DNA of 64,000 bases from a virus. Lineage: Duplodnaviria; Caudoviricetes. Position numbers and translations under genes: made by a program. Positions 1-8,604 of this stretch are shown piece after piece. The DNA is taken from positions 32,001 through 96,000 of IMG/VR virus record IMGVR_UViG_3300038530_003085; one strand, 5' to 3'. Numbering within the stretch: the stretch's first letter is position 1; every line of letters starts with the position of its first letter. The notes under the pieces are model-generated. The model searched no databases. It saw only the letters and a program-made list of their open reading frames with translations, and was not told where the DNA came from.

Positions 1-109
1 CAGTCTGGTTAGCATATTGCTCGCCACACTCCAAGCAGTGTTCATATCCCAAGGCTTTCCGCTTCGGGCTAAACTCTTCACCGCAATCGAAACATTGAGG
101 CCAGTTCAT
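1..109 (-). CDS. C4 zinc-finger protein, TraR/DksA-like spacing (runs off window edge)
   Basis: Hand translation MNWPQCFDCGEEFSPKRKALGYEHCLECGEQYANQT...; CxxC-x15-CxxC; GGAG RBS; ATGA overlap with upstream ORF. Confidence 0.55.
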   Translation of the reverse strand, partial: MNWPQCFDCGEEFSPKRKALGYEHCLECGEQYANQT

Positions 110-198
110 TTGTTCTCTCCATTTTCAAGCGAATAGATCATGTAGATCGCGCCGCCAGCAGCAGCAAACACACTAAGGGTAACCAACAACAAAACCAT
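106..198 (-). CDS. small membrane peptide (30 aa)
   Basis: MVLLLVTLSVFAAAGGAIYMIYSLENGENK; first ORF after promoter module A, with AGGAG/GAGG RBS. Confidence 0.6.
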   Translation of the reverse strand: MVLLLVTLSVFAAAGGAIYMIYSLENGENK

Positions 199-222
199 TT
201 CCTCTCTCCTTTCTATACATAT

Positions 223-278
223 AATATAACATAGAGATTGGTGATATGCAAGAGTTAAGTTGTCAAGAGAATGTCAAG
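223..278 (-). promoter_or_regulatory. composite promoter module A
   Basis: CTTGACATTCTCTTGACA-N9-TTGCAT-N17-TATATT on minus strand. Confidence 0.8.
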
Positions 279-346
279 AGATAAAACATTCCGCCAAACA
301 CAACAGTGGAAATAGCGATCATTACGCACTGCTCCGCATATGTCAT
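263..346 (-). CDS. small membrane peptide (27 aa)
   Basis: MTYAEQCVMIAISTVVFGGMFYLLTFS; ATGA-coupled to the upstream ORF; stop lies inside a TGACA repeat. Confidence 0.5.
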   Translation of the reverse strand: MTYAEQCVMIAISTVVFGGMFYLLTFS

Positions 347-510
347 GATGGATTGACAACCTGAAGCCACTTAACGGGCTCCCAATCAGCGATGTTAACT
401 TCTGGCCAGTAGACTTTGGCTCGCTGGTCGAAGTGGTTAAATCCTACCACCACGCCGATTGGATCCGGTCCACGAGTCGAGGGAAATCTTACAAGATCAC
501 CTAACTTCAT
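343..510 (-). CDS. small SH3/KOW-like paralogue
   Basis: MKLGDLVRF...GVVV...KVYW...WLQVVN; start could be 528. Confidence 0.7.
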   Translation of the reverse strand: MKLGDLVRFPSTRGPDPIGVVVGFNHFDQRAKVYWPEVNIADWEPVKWLQVVNPS

Positions 511-537
511 TTCTTTTTCCTTAATCATTCCAAATAC

Positions 538-939
538 TTACCAGCCTGTAGGGTCATTCGGACGTGACCACAGGTCATGGCCCTTAATCTCTGATGTTGT
601 TTCATCATCAGCGGCAGGAGCCTCAACAGTGAACTCACCGAAGCGCAGGCGTGCATTACGACGGCTTGCGGCCCGGCTGTTTGCCTTCATTTGCTCGCGG
701 GCCTGAATGCCAGCATCGATAAAATCATCCTCAGCGACCGTAAAGCTAAAGCCCTCGTCAATGTCAGTCGGCTCGGTGTCAATAACCCAGTCAGGGTCAT
801 CGTGGCGAGCAACTTGTTCAAGTAGATCGTGCATAAGATCCTGAGACTCAGGGGTTGGCATAATCGCACCATTGAGGGCATCCATAATCATATTGACCTC
901 AGATTCGGTAAGTGTAATGTTCAAAAGTTCGTCATTCAT
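538..939 (-). CDS. acidic hypothetical protein
   Basis: ORF track; AGGAG RBS favours start MNDELL at 939. Confidence 0.7.
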   Translation of the reverse strand: MNDELLNITLTESEVNMIMDALNGAIMPTPESQDLMHDLLEQVARHDDPDWVIDTEPTDIDEGFSFTVAEDDFIDAGIQAREQMKANSRAASRRNARLRFGEFTVEAPAADDETTSEIKGHDLWSRPNDPTGW

Positions 940-950
940 TTTGTTGTCTC

Positions 951-1052
951 CTAACAAGTTGCCCATTGAAAGGCAAGAAAAATAAGGGCGGACCAGCAGG
1001 TCACGTCAGCGATGATAAGAGCGGCCATCATGCCGCGGCGTTGTTGAAGCAT
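951..1052 (-). CDS. small membrane peptide (33 aa)
   Basis: MLQQRRGMMAALIIADVTCWSALIFLAFQWATC; AAGGAG RBS directly after promoter module B. Confidence 0.6.
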   Translation of the reverse strand: MLQQRRGMMAALIIADVTCWSALIFLAFQWATC

Positions 1053-1076
1053 TTGCTTTCTCCTTCTTACTCTTAT

Positions 1077-1132
1077 AATATAGCACCCGCGAGGGTACAA
1101 GTCAATGGTTTTGTTGTCAAGTGGATGTCAAG
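1077..1132 (-). promoter_or_regulatory. composite promoter module B
   Basis: CTTGACATCCACTTGACA-N9-TTGACT-N17-TATATT, extended -10 TG. Confidence 0.85.
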
Positions 1133-2351
1133 AGTCGATTGCAATCACACGTTCGTTTGTTTGAAAGTATGGGCGCGCCGCACAGCGCGCGGTAGTCATC
1201 CACATACGCTGGCACTTACTTGGAACAGGCTTAGGTGCCATCATATCAGTTAGAACAATGTGACCGTCAAACTCTCGTTCGTTAACGTACTTTGTAGGCG
1301 CGTTAAAACAAGTACCACCAGTCAAGACACGCTCGGTCTTACGGCTTTGTCCTTTCTTCCAAACGTAGACCATAGACTCAGCAACCGCGGTGTCAAAAGG
1401 GATCACCGTGAACTCCGCAATCTCTGCTAACTGGTTAAGTTCGGAGAAGAAAGCAGCCAACATAGCATCATCGACAGAACCAGATTGGTCAATAGAAACG
1501 GCTATCTTTGCGTGTCTACGGACTCGCTTGCCCGGATGGACCCGCGGGTAACGTTTGTTGATACGACGCGGTGTAGACCGCTTGTCGGCCCGTTGTGAGG
1601 TCTTTACGAAGTACCGCAGCACCTTGCGCCAGTCAATCTTGGTAGCAATACGGTCCATAATCTCAGAGCGCATACTTGATGAGACGGTGCCCCAGTTACG
1701 CGACTTCTCAGCCTCATCGGCAGCTTTCTTGATAGTGTCCTTAAGACGCTCCTTAGCGATCTCTTGAGTGGTTCCGTCAACGTCACCAAATCCGTCGTGG
1801 TCATCCATAGAATCCATACCACCAAACGGATCACCGTTGCCTTCACCCTCTTGCTTTTCATTCTCTACCATTTCTTTGAGGGCTTCAAGGTACCACTCAT
1901 AGGTCTTGAATGATGGAAGGTCCTTAAACATACCCTCACCGGGGATACAAGCCTTCATAGCTTGACCGCCAACGTCTGGGCCGGGTGTCGCTTCAGAGGG
2001 CAGGTAATCCGAAATGTGGCAGTTAATAGCCAAGTCCATAGCAATATTATCAATCTTCTTGAGACCGTCTACAGGCTTACGGCCAGTAACATGCTCAAAG
2101 ATGAGGTGATAGAACTCGTGCATCAACACACCCTGCATATGCCGATCCGAAAGCTGACCCATAAACTCAGGGTTGTACATCAGTTCAAACTGTGCCGTGG
2201 TGGGGTTAACACGCACACCAGCGGTAGGAATGGCAGTGGTCGAAATCTTGTCGATACGACGGGACAATGCAGCGAAGAAAGGCTCCCGCATAAGCAGCCG
2301 TGCAGTGTGCATATTCAGGTCAAATGGCTTAGTAGTCTTGTCGTCTGACAT
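1128..2351 (-). CDS. DUF2201-type putative metallopeptidase with C-terminal VWA-like domain (MoxR partner)
   Basis: PTAGV, HEFYH zincin motif, NIAMDLAIN; MIDAS-like DQSGS, GGT and LTD in the C-terminal part. Confidence 0.85.
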   Translation of the reverse strand: MSDDKTTKPFDLNMHTARLLMREPFFAALSRRIDKISTTAIPTAGVRVNPTTAQFELMYNPEFMGQLSDRHMQGVLMHEFYHLIFEHVTGRKPVDGLKKIDNIAMDLAINCHISDYLPSEATPGPDVGGQAMKACIPGEGMFKDLPSFKTYEWYLEALKEMVENEKQEGEGNGDPFGGMDSMDDHDGFGDVDGTTQEIAKERLKDTIKKAADEAEKSRNWGTVSSSMRSEIMDRIATKIDWRKVLRYFVKTSQRADKRSTPRRINKRYPRVHPGKRVRRHAKIAVSIDQSGSVDDAMLAAFFSELNQLAEIAEFTVIPFDTAVAESMVYVWKKGQSRKTERVLTGGTCFNAPTKYVNEREFDGHIVLTDMMAPKPVPSKCQRMWMTTARCAARPYFQTNERVIAIDS

Positions 2352-2372
2352 GTTCTATCTCCTTACATATAT

Positions 2373-2428
2373 AATATAGCACCGTGAGGCACCAAGGTCA
2401 AGGTTTAAGTTGTCAAGGAAATGTCAAG
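2373..2428 (-). promoter_or_regulatory. composite promoter module C
   Basis: CTTGACATTTCCTTGACA-N9-TTGACC-N17-TATATT. Confidence 0.85.
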
Positions 2429-2639
2429 GGATTTTATACAAAGCTCTGAATGCAGTTTCGGTTATCCAGCCGCAGCTACCGTCAGATACATATACTTTGA
2501 ACTTGTATCTCCGGTTGACAATATCACCATATCTGGATCTGGCAGTCTCTTCTTTGCCAAGAACAATGCCCGGCAAACCTTCGTATTTCTTAATAACAAG
2601 ATCTCCGATGGCTATTTTATCAATCCACATTTGAGACAA
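2424..2639 (-). CDS. small SH3/KOW-like paralogue
   Basis: IAIGDLVIK...PGIVLG...FKVY. Confidence 0.65.
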   Translation of the reverse strand: MSQMWIDKIAIGDLVIKKYEGLPGIVLGKEETARSRYGDIVNRRYKFKVYVSDGSCGWITETAFRALYKIP

Positions 2640-2853
2640 CGATTAGATCCTCTTCGTGAAAGTCCATATTCTCTTCAGTCTTTAGCCAGCGAACTTTATA
2701 GCGTTTCCTTCGGTCTATCGGCTTATAAATCTCAACCACCATACCGATACCGTGGGCCCTTTTAAAAGCCATACCAAGGCCGCCGGGGCCTGATAGTTTT
2801 ACCAGATCCCCGATTTTAGGCGGTGATAGTCGTGGCGGAATGCGATGGCGCAT
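2620..2853 (-). CDS. small SH3/KOW-like paralogue
   Basis: KIGDLVKL...GMVVEI...YKVRW...EEDLIVVS. Confidence 0.7.
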   Translation of the reverse strand: MRHRIPPRLSPPKIGDLVKLSGPGGLGMAFKRAHGIGMVVEIYKPIDRRKRYKVRWLKTEENMDFHEEDLIVVSNVD

Positions 2854-3941
2854 TAGTCTTCAGTATTGCCTCCCAAGATTTCAACAAGGTGGTCGCTCAC
2901 ACGCTTACCATCGTGAGTGGTGGCCTTGTGCAGAGCCACAACGTTCTGCATGTTATCAGCATCTCCAAGGACGGTCCAAAGCTTCATAGCGATCTCGGAT
3001 GGAAGACGGACAAAGTATTCAGCCAAGTTAGTAACTTGAGTTTCGCTAAGCTGCTCGATGAAGATTTCTGAGGCTTCAAACTTCTCAATCATCGCGGCGT
3101 GGTCATTGATACCCCAGTTATCAACCTTCTCAAAGTCGCCATCATCAATGATGTCCTCAATGGTCACTTGCCACTCGTACTTCTCAACGAAGTCACGGAG
3201 AGTAACAGCGGCCTCGAAGCCAACAAAAGCAGTGGCGAGGTTGAACAGCAGATCACGATCGCCATCTTCGGCGAACACACCAGCAGGCTCAGCGGTACCG
3301 CAGAAGCGGTCCCAAGAGCGACGAGAAGGATAGACCTTGTTGGGCTCAAAGTCACCCTCGTGTTCCAAGTGCTTGCGGTTGTGGTTAATGAAGTCCCAAA
3401 CAATAGATGGGACGCGTCCATGGGCCCACTTAAGCCAATCTTCAATGGTAGGCTCGACATCGAACACAGTCCAGCGGTCAAGCTCTGCAGGGTCCATCTC
3501 GCCCACTTGGTATTGAGCACCGTGCTCGCCACCATTGACAGCAGCGACAATCAAAGTGTCCTCGTGCAAGTGCCAACCGTTCAGCTTGCGGCTATCGGTA
3601 AGCTCGAAAAGACCTTGACGGACTTCCATAGTAGCACGGTCAACCTCATCCAAGAAGAGAAGTACACCTTGCTCACAAGCAGTAACAAGCCAGTCAGGGG
3701 CATTCCAAGTGGTGGCCTTGCGACCATTGATAGCGGTATCAGCCGTATCAGGAAGACCAAGCAGGTCACCCTCGGTCATCTGTGATGCGCGGCGCTCAAC
3801 GACAGGCAGACCGCGCTCCTCTGCAATCTGGTAGACGACTTGTGATTTACCGATACCGTGACGGCCGCGAAGCAAGACGGGAAGTCGAGCATCGAGGATG
3901 AACGGAGCGGTAGTGGTGAATGTTGCGAAGTCGATAGCCAT
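2853..3941 (-). CDS. MoxR-like AAA+ ATPase
   Basis: Walker A GRHGIGKS, Walker B LFLDEVDR, sensor AAVN, DPAELDR, PSRRSW. Confidence 0.9.
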   Translation of the reverse strand: MAIDFATFTTTAPFILDARLPVLLRGRHGIGKSQVVYQIAEERGLPVVERRASQMTEGDLLGLPDTADTAINGRKATTWNAPDWLVTACEQGVLLFLDEVDRATMEVRQGLFELTDSRKLNGWHLHEDTLIVAAVNGGEHGAQYQVGEMDPAELDRWTVFDVEPTIEDWLKWAHGRVPSIVWDFINHNRKHLEHEGDFEPNKVYPSRRSWDRFCGTAEPAGVFAEDGDRDLLFNLATAFVGFEAAVTLRDFVEKYEWQVTIEDIIDDGDFEKVDNWGINDHAAMIEKFEASEIFIEQLSETQVTNLAEYFVRLPSEIAMKLWTVLGDADNMQNVVALHKATTHDGKRVSDHLVEILGGNTED

Positions 3942-3991
3942 GTTGTGTTCTCCAGTTTGGGAGGTTGTTTAGTTCTTTGCCTTACTCTATA

Positions 3992-4047
3992 AATATAGCA
4001 CCGAATGGTGTTTCGGTCAAGTATTTTATTGTCAGAGAAATGTCAAG
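3992..4047 (-). promoter_or_regulatory. composite promoter module D
   Basis: CTTGACATTTCTCTGACA-N9-TTGACC-N17-TATATT. Confidence 0.85.
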
Positions 4048-4861
4048 AGATCATATTTGGATAATCATCAGTCAAGCCAAGTTTGATAATAATATCTCTC
4101 GCTTGCTCATTTGGGAAACGAAACTGAGTCCGTCGTTTTTCGTAGCCTTTCCGGGTTGTGAAAAACTGCTTGTAAGCGAACTTAACAGTTTTCTCATCTT
4201 CAAAGTCGAGCCAGCCCTCTGGCATATTGTATGTGGTGGTCACGCTCATCAAATCAGCGGGAACATTACCACTGTCGATATGTTCTCGCGATTCCCGCAA
4301 AAGTCCAACAATAGTGGTTGAATCACCATAACCGGGCTTTGTAATATCTTTAATGTTTTTGTGGATTGCTTTGAGTTCACTATTGCCCCAGTGGCAGCCC
4401 TCCCACTCAAAACCCGTAATGTAGCGAAGAGTTGGCTTGTAACCATATCCCTTATCTTCGCCAAGGTATTGAAACGTGCGAACTGGCACGATTGAGCCCA
4501 CACCGACACCATTGTTTACCAACTGCTCCCAGACTGCTTTTCTGGTAAACTTTGAAATCTCAGCGAATACTTTTTTGTCGCTCTTCAGAAAGCGGCAAGT
4601 CCGGCGAGTGTGACCTTGCCGACCACAGTAACCACAGTGGACGTTGGTTGTCCTCTTCTTCTTGGGGAGATCTTCGCCAGTGACAATGTTCAAACCAGTC
4701 CGGGCCTCATACTCTTGACGGAATGTATCAGCACGGTAATCGCCTTGCTCAATAGCCCTCTCGTAACCTTGCTTCAGGTGCTCGTTCTTTTTCGGGCAGG
4801 TGCGAGAGTTATGACCTGTACGGTAACAGTATGAGCAGCGGACGGTACCATTGTATGACAT
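4043..4861 (-). CDS. protein with two CCHC zinc knuckles
   Basis: CSYCYRTGHNSRTC and CGYCGRQGHTRRTC (C-x2-C-x4-H-x4-C). Confidence 0.8.
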   Translation of the reverse strand: MSYNGTVRCSYCYRTGHNSRTCPKKNEHLKQGYERAIEQGDYRADTFRQEYEARTGLNIVTGEDLPKKKRTTNVHCGYCGRQGHTRRTCRFLKSDKKVFAEISKFTRKAVWEQLVNNGVGVGSIVPVRTFQYLGEDKGYGYKPTLRYITGFEWEGCHWGNSELKAIHKNIKDITKPGYGDSTTIVGLLRESREHIDSGNVPADLMSVTTTYNMPEGWLDFEDEKTVKFAYKQFFTTRKGYEKRRTQFRFPNEQARDIIIKLGLTDDYPNMIS

Positions 4862-4882
4862 TTGTTCTCTCCTTACCCTTAT

Positions 4883-4937
4883 AATATAACAACATCAGGG
4901 CCATCGTCAATGCGAAAGTTGTCAAGCAGATGTCAAG
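4883..4937 (-). promoter_or_regulatory. composite promoter module E
   Basis: CTTGACATCTGCTTGACA-N9-TTGACG-N16-TATATT. Confidence 0.85.
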
Positions 4938-5080
4938 AGTTCCAACAAATCACTGCGTGCTGGTAATGGATCGGCATAATCGTGCCACTTAACAAGTAAA
5001 TCACCATTGCCGACAAACTTTCCAACCTCGACAACGATACCAACGGAACCTTTCCAGCGGACCAAATCACCCACTTTCAT
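4922..5080 (-). CDS. small SH3/KOW-like paralogue
   Basis: MKVGDLVRW...GIVVEV...LVKW...LLELLTS; start trimmed to the ATG at 5080. Confidence 0.7.
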   Translation of the reverse strand: MKVGDLVRWKGSVGIVVEVGKFVGNGDLLVKWHDYADPLPARSDLLELLTSA

Positions 5081-5402
5081 GCATTTTCTCCGTGATGTGC
5101 CGACACTTTCGTCGCCAGCCAAACCCGGCACACGTGCAACCCCATACGTGGCCGTCATAGGTCACTGTATAGCTTTTGCCAGTGCTGCCTTGGACTTCCC
5201 AAGACTGAACATTAGAAGGCGTCTCAGGCGCGCTCCTTGGCTTGTAAATCATAACGTGATCAATAGAATCAAGTGTTGCAGTCTCGTCAACTGGCAGCCA
5301 AAACTGACCGGAAACCGCCCACTTCTGACCGTTTCCATCAGTGTAGAGCATTGGGCGCATATTAACAATAACAGGTAGTTCCACAATAACCTCTAAAGAC
5401 AA
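5067..5402 (-). CDS. SWIM zinc-finger protein
   Basis: VQGSTGKSYTV...CTC...KCRH; start uncertain. Confidence 0.8.
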   Translation of the reverse strand: MSLEVIVELPVIVNMRPMLYTDGNGQKWAVSGQFWLPVDETATLDSIDHVMIYKPRSAPETPSNVQSWEVQGSTGKSYTVTYDGHVWGCTCAGFGWRRKCRHITEKMHESG

Positions 5403-5563
5403 GCAGGAGTTTTAACAAAAAGACGATACCCGTCTCTGGGCTCAAAGTTGTTTTCGCGGATAAAAGTGCTTCGAGCCTCTTCTTTAGTCTCGGCGACAAT
5501 GGAAGCCAAAGTCTCGTAAGTCTTTGTTTTAAAACAGTAAAGTTTGATATCAAATGATGTCAT
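5393..5563 (-). CDS. hypothetical protein (56 aa)
   Basis: Hand translation MTSFDIKLYCFKTKTYETL...KTPACL; GGAGG RBS; fills the gap. Confidence 0.6.
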   Translation of the reverse strand: MTSFDIKLYCFKTKTYETLASIVAETKEEARSTFIRENNFEPRDGYRLFVKTPACL

Positions 5564-5764
5564 TTATGCCTCCGCCGGGATAGTAGCTGCAACACTAAGC
5601 GTCATAAAAGTTTCAACTTCTTCTTTCGATACTTTTGGATCGTTCAATGAACCCTGAAGCATCAGGGCAGTAATAGTCGCATCCAAACCAATCTTAGTTC
5701 TTTCAATCTGTGTAAGACCTTTTGACCAGTCTTCGGTGCGGATAAGTGGGATATCAAATGTCAT
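5564..5764 (-). CDS. hypothetical protein
   Basis: First ORF after module F, AAGGAG RBS. Confidence 0.7.
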   Translation of the reverse strand: MTFDIPLIRTEDWSKGLTQIERTKIGLDATITALMLQGSLNDPKVSKEEVETFMTLSVAATIPAEA

Positions 5765-5785
5765 GTTGTTTCTCCTTACAAATAT

Positions 5786-5840
5786 AATATAACCTTTTAA
5801 GGGCGCGCGTCAATGAATGTAATGTCAAGCGAATGTCAAG
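5786..5840 (-). promoter_or_regulatory. composite promoter module F
   Basis: CTTGACATTCGCTTGACA-N9-TTGACG-N16-TATATT. Confidence 0.85.
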
Positions 5841-6321
5841 GCTTCTTTTCATACTTTTGCCTGTGCTCTTGTTTCATAGCCAAATAAGGCGCAAACTCGC
5901 GGGCCTCTTTCCAACAGGCATAAAATATTCGAGCAGATTGTGCTTTTTCGCAGGTTAGCGCATCAGGCTCCTGCGGAATAATACTGCCGTCATCATTATA
6001 CTTTCGTCCATCGCGATGATTTGCATAACGTCGAGCGCGTGTAAATCCCATATGCAGGAACTTTTTAGCCATATCGGCGCCAACAAAATCTCCCTCGTTA
6101 ACGTAAGTATAGAACATCATTAGGATATTTTGACTTGATACTTGCGCCTCGCGAACAGTCTTGAAACGCCAGTGCGCGCAGATATCAGACTTGTAAGGCT
6201 CACATAGCAACACACCCTGTTGGCCGCGGCCAATCCTGTACATTTCAGGGTGTTTCCTATAGTCAATATCGGGGTTCCACTTTTCAAAATATGATTTATC
6301 AACTTGCTTTCTTGCCATCAC
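5836..6321 (-). CDS. DUF4385-family protein
   Basis: YRIGRGQQGVLLCEPYKS...HWRFKT...DFVGADMAKKFLHMGFTRARRYANH recognised as this family. Confidence 0.8.
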   Translation of the reverse strand: MMARKQVDKSYFEKWNPDIDYRKHPEMYRIGRGQQGVLLCEPYKSDICAHWRFKTVREAQVSSQNILMMFYTYVNEGDFVGADMAKKFLHMGFTRARRYANHRDGRKYNDDGSIIPQEPDALTCEKAQSARIFYACWKEAREFAPYLAMKQEHRQKYEKKP

Positions 6322-6584
6322 TTCTTCTTTGGAAATCTTCCTTGATTACCCATACCATCATAATCAATAAAATCGCTATCAGGTTCAGTATAATTGAGTT
6401 TATTATTCTCGTCAAGTTTTTTAACTAAATGATCTGATAGCTCTTCCAATTCATTAATAACAAAAGCATACTCTCGTAGATTACCATTGCGTTGCAAATG
6501 CAATGCTTGCTCTTGAAGTCTAGTAATTTTCTTTTTGATACTATTAATTTCTCTGTTGAAGAGAAAATCTTTAATAAATTTCAT
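6318..6584 (-). CDS. small helical protein (DUF6435/Lacal_2735-like)
   Basis: LQEQALHLQRNGNLREYA pattern. Confidence 0.5.
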   Translation of the reverse strand: MKFIKDFLFNREINSIKKKITRLQEQALHLQRNGNLREYAFVINELEELSDHLVKKLDENNKLNYTEPDSDFIDYDGMGNQGRFPKKK

Positions 6585-6916
6585 TTCTTTCTCCTTGGTA
6601 AGTATGGTCTGATACCATAAGCAAAAATATAGTAACCGGCGTCAAATAAACTTCTCACAACAGGGAGACGAGAGATACAAACTGCCCTGTTAAAGCCCAT
6701 TTTTTCATACATCAGCCTGAACGTTTCAGGCCCTTTGGTTGCCTTTTGGTCAAACCAGCCAATCATTTCTTTTTCAAAGTCAGCGACGTTGCCATCAAAG
6801 TCTTCGGCACTAATGTCAACAAATTCGATACCACATGCTTCAGCCCTTTCACGGATCGTGTTAATCTCTAGCGAGCAAACATAACAACTTTCATCATAGT
6901 ATACTTTGTCAGACAT
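6581..6916 (-). CDS. DCC-family thiol-disulfide oxidoreductase (DUF393-like)
   Basis: N-terminal VYYDESCYVC (DxxCxxC), IEFVDIS, late Y..FA..R. Confidence 0.8.
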   Translation of the reverse strand: MSDKVYYDESCYVCSLEINTIRERAEACGIEFVDISAEDFDGNVADFEKEMIGWFDQKATKGPETFRLMYEKMGFNRAVCISRLPVVRSLFDAGYYIFAYGIRPYLPRRKK

Positions 6917-7011
6917 TAGTTATCCATATTGTCAAGAATGTAAAGCGAAAAAGTGAATCCAAGCACAATAAACGCCACTACACAATTAATAAAAACTTGA
7001 TACATTTCCAT
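6916..7011 (-). CDS. small membrane peptide (31 aa)
   Basis: MEMYQVFINCVVAFIVLGFTFSLYILDNMDN; GGGGG RBS. Confidence 0.55.
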   Translation of the reverse strand: MEMYQVFINCVVAFIVLGFTFSLYILDNMDN

Positions 7012-7019
7012 AGTTCCCC

Positions 7020-7208
7020 CTATCTTTCACTTATAACTGTTAGTAAATCCACGTTGTTCCAGTCCCTTGGGCTTTCATCTGACCACTGGTCAAACCAATG
7101 AACTTGAGCCTCGTTGAGTTTTGATTTTTTTCTGAATTTAATTATCACACCGTGACCAATCCATCCAGTCGGATCATATGTAACTCTCACCAAATCACCG
7201 ATCTTCAT
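7020..7208 (-). CDS. small SH3/KOW-like paralogue
   Basis: MKIGDLVRV...GVII...VHWFD...LLTVISE. Confidence 0.75.
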   Translation of the reverse strand: MKIGDLVRVTYDPTGWIGHGVIIKFRKKSKLNEAQVHWFDQWSDESPRDWNNVDLLTVISER

Positions 7209-7371
7209 CGATCACTTCCAATCTTTTAGCTTGATCATTAGTATAATGCCATTGTCCATTAACACCAAACCATTTAACAACAACGTAGTCAGGTGTAATT
7301 TTCTCTACCACACCATTAGCAACTTCATATTTCCACATAGGCTGCATTCTTACTTTGTCGCCAACTTTCAT
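7195..7371 (-). CDS. small SH3/KOW-like paralogue (58 aa, not in ORF track)
   Basis: MKVGDKVRM...GVVEKI...VVVKWF...LEVIDEDR. Confidence 0.7.
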   Translation of the reverse strand: MKVGDKVRMQPMWKYEVANGVVEKITPDYVVVKWFGVNGQWHYTNDQAKRLEVIDEDR

Positions 7372-7658
7372 TTTACAAACTTCAAATCCTTTCTAAAAAA
7401 GTAAGAAGTTTGGTATGGTCTTGCTGCTCTCATATTGCCATTATTCCATCTTCCTGCCGGTCCATCCGGCATCCAACGAACAAAATAATACTTTTTTTCG
7501 TTATCCGAAGTGTGATTGGTAATATGTGGATTGTCTTCAACATTAATAATCATACCAATAATATTCTTTTTCTCCATCCAAATCTTGTTACGCCACTTCC
7601 ACATTGGAGCAGTCTGCAGAACATACGAGGATAAAGTAACCAAATCACCGACTTTCAC
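7368..7658 (-). CDS. small SH3/KOW-like paralogue
   Basis: GTG start (M)KVGDLVTL...GMII...YFVRW...DLKFVK. Confidence 0.7.
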   Translation of the reverse strand: MKVGDLVTLSSYVLQTAPMWKWRNKIWMEKKNIIGMIINVEDNPHITNHTSDNEKKYYFVRWMPDGPAGRWNNGNMRAARPYQTSYFFRKDLKFVK

Positions 7659-7780
7659 ATCACGCTCCAAATACTGTAGCCAATCACTGCTAACGCAACA
7701 GTAATACCAAGCCAGCTATACACCAGCAAGAGACGCTCTGCCCTTTCAATATCATCTTTAAATGTTCTATTTTCCTTCAC
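7655..7780 (-). CDS. small membrane peptide (41 aa)
   Basis: GTG start, MKENRTFKDDIERAERLLLVYSWLGITVALAVIGYSIWSVM; fills gap between two paralogues. Confidence 0.55.
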   Translation of the reverse strand: MKENRTFKDDIERAERLLLVYSWLGITVALAVIGYSIWSVM

Positions 7781-7949
7781 TTAGCACCTTCAACATTTTT
7801 TTAAGCTCAAAAGTTATTTCACCATCAAACCATTGAACCTTGGCAACTGACCTGCCATGATCAATCCTCGTTTCTTTGGGTCCAATAACCGTGATGATTC
7901 CTCGATGACTAGAGTCATGACGACTGCAAACCAAATCCCCTACATTCAC
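7767..7949 (-). CDS. small SH3/KOW-like paralogue
   Basis: (M)NVGDLVCS...GIITVI...AKVQWFDG...LKVLSE; GTGA overlap with upstream stop. Confidence 0.7.
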   Translation of the reverse strand: MNVGDLVCSRHDSSHRGIITVIGPKETRIDHGRSVAKVQWFDGEITFELKKMLKVLSEGK

Positions 7950-8212
7950 GGGCGCACCATAGACTGCTTGAGAGCCTCGCAAGTTTCATCACTGATGCAG
8001 TTGGTTACAGCCCTAAAGATGGCGTCTTGGTTTTCAATCATAATCTCCAGATCGCCGGTCATTTTTTCCGTAAGATAAATCATATTATCAAGGCTTTCGG
8101 CAGATCTATCCAGTGATTCAGATACACTATCCCGCGCTAGCGGGATCGCGGTTTCTACGTTTTGTGGGTCATTGCAGCCAATGATGATGGGTAATACGAT
8201 AATGTTTAGCAT
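7946..8212 (-). CDS. putative lipoprotein
   Basis: Hydrophobic N-terminus ending IIGC; AGGAG RBS. Confidence 0.55.
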   Translation of the reverse strand: MLNIIVLPIIIGCNDPQNVETAIPLARDSVSESLDRSAESLDNMIYLTEKMTGDLEIMIENQDAIFRAVTNCISDETCEALKQSMVRP

Positions 8213-8236
8213 TTTGTCTCCTATTTGCTTGTATTG

Positions 8237-8515
8237 TTATTGAGCGCCGTTGAACACACGATCAGCGAAGCGCTTTGCATTGCGAAGGTTTGGCAAGTCG
8301 TCTAGGTCTTTAACTTGTGTAGAGTCTTCGCTCTTCATATGTTGGATAGACTCGCGCATATACTTGCGAAGAAGCTTAATGAACTCAATCTTGCCAAACT
8401 CCTCCTTGTGATACGTAACATTGCGTGAGTACTTTGTGTGCATAATACGCACCATCTTCAATGCGTCGTTGATGCCTTCGGGGTCATCGGAATCAATTAC
8501 AATTGTCATTTTCAT
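8237..8515 (-). CDS. hypothetical protein
   Basis: Start moved to MKMTIV, 6 nt downstream of a consensus -10 (probably leaderless). Confidence 0.65.
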   Translation of the reverse strand: MKMTIVIDSDDPEGINDALKMVRIMHTKYSRNVTYHKEEFGKIEFIKLLRKYMRESIQHMKSEDSTQVKDLDDLPNLRNAKRFADRVFNGAQ

Positions 8516-8521
8516 AGAACT

Positions 8522-8550
8522 ATTATAAGCCCTTGCTTGCGCCTTGTCAA
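8522..8550 (-). promoter_or_regulatory. sigma70-type promoter
   Basis: TTGACA-N17-TATAAT, perfect consensus. Confidence 0.8.
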
Positions 8551-8604
8551 GCGTTGTGTTTGTAAAAAGGAAAAATTTACCGAAAAAAATCGCGCGATCG
8601 GCGC

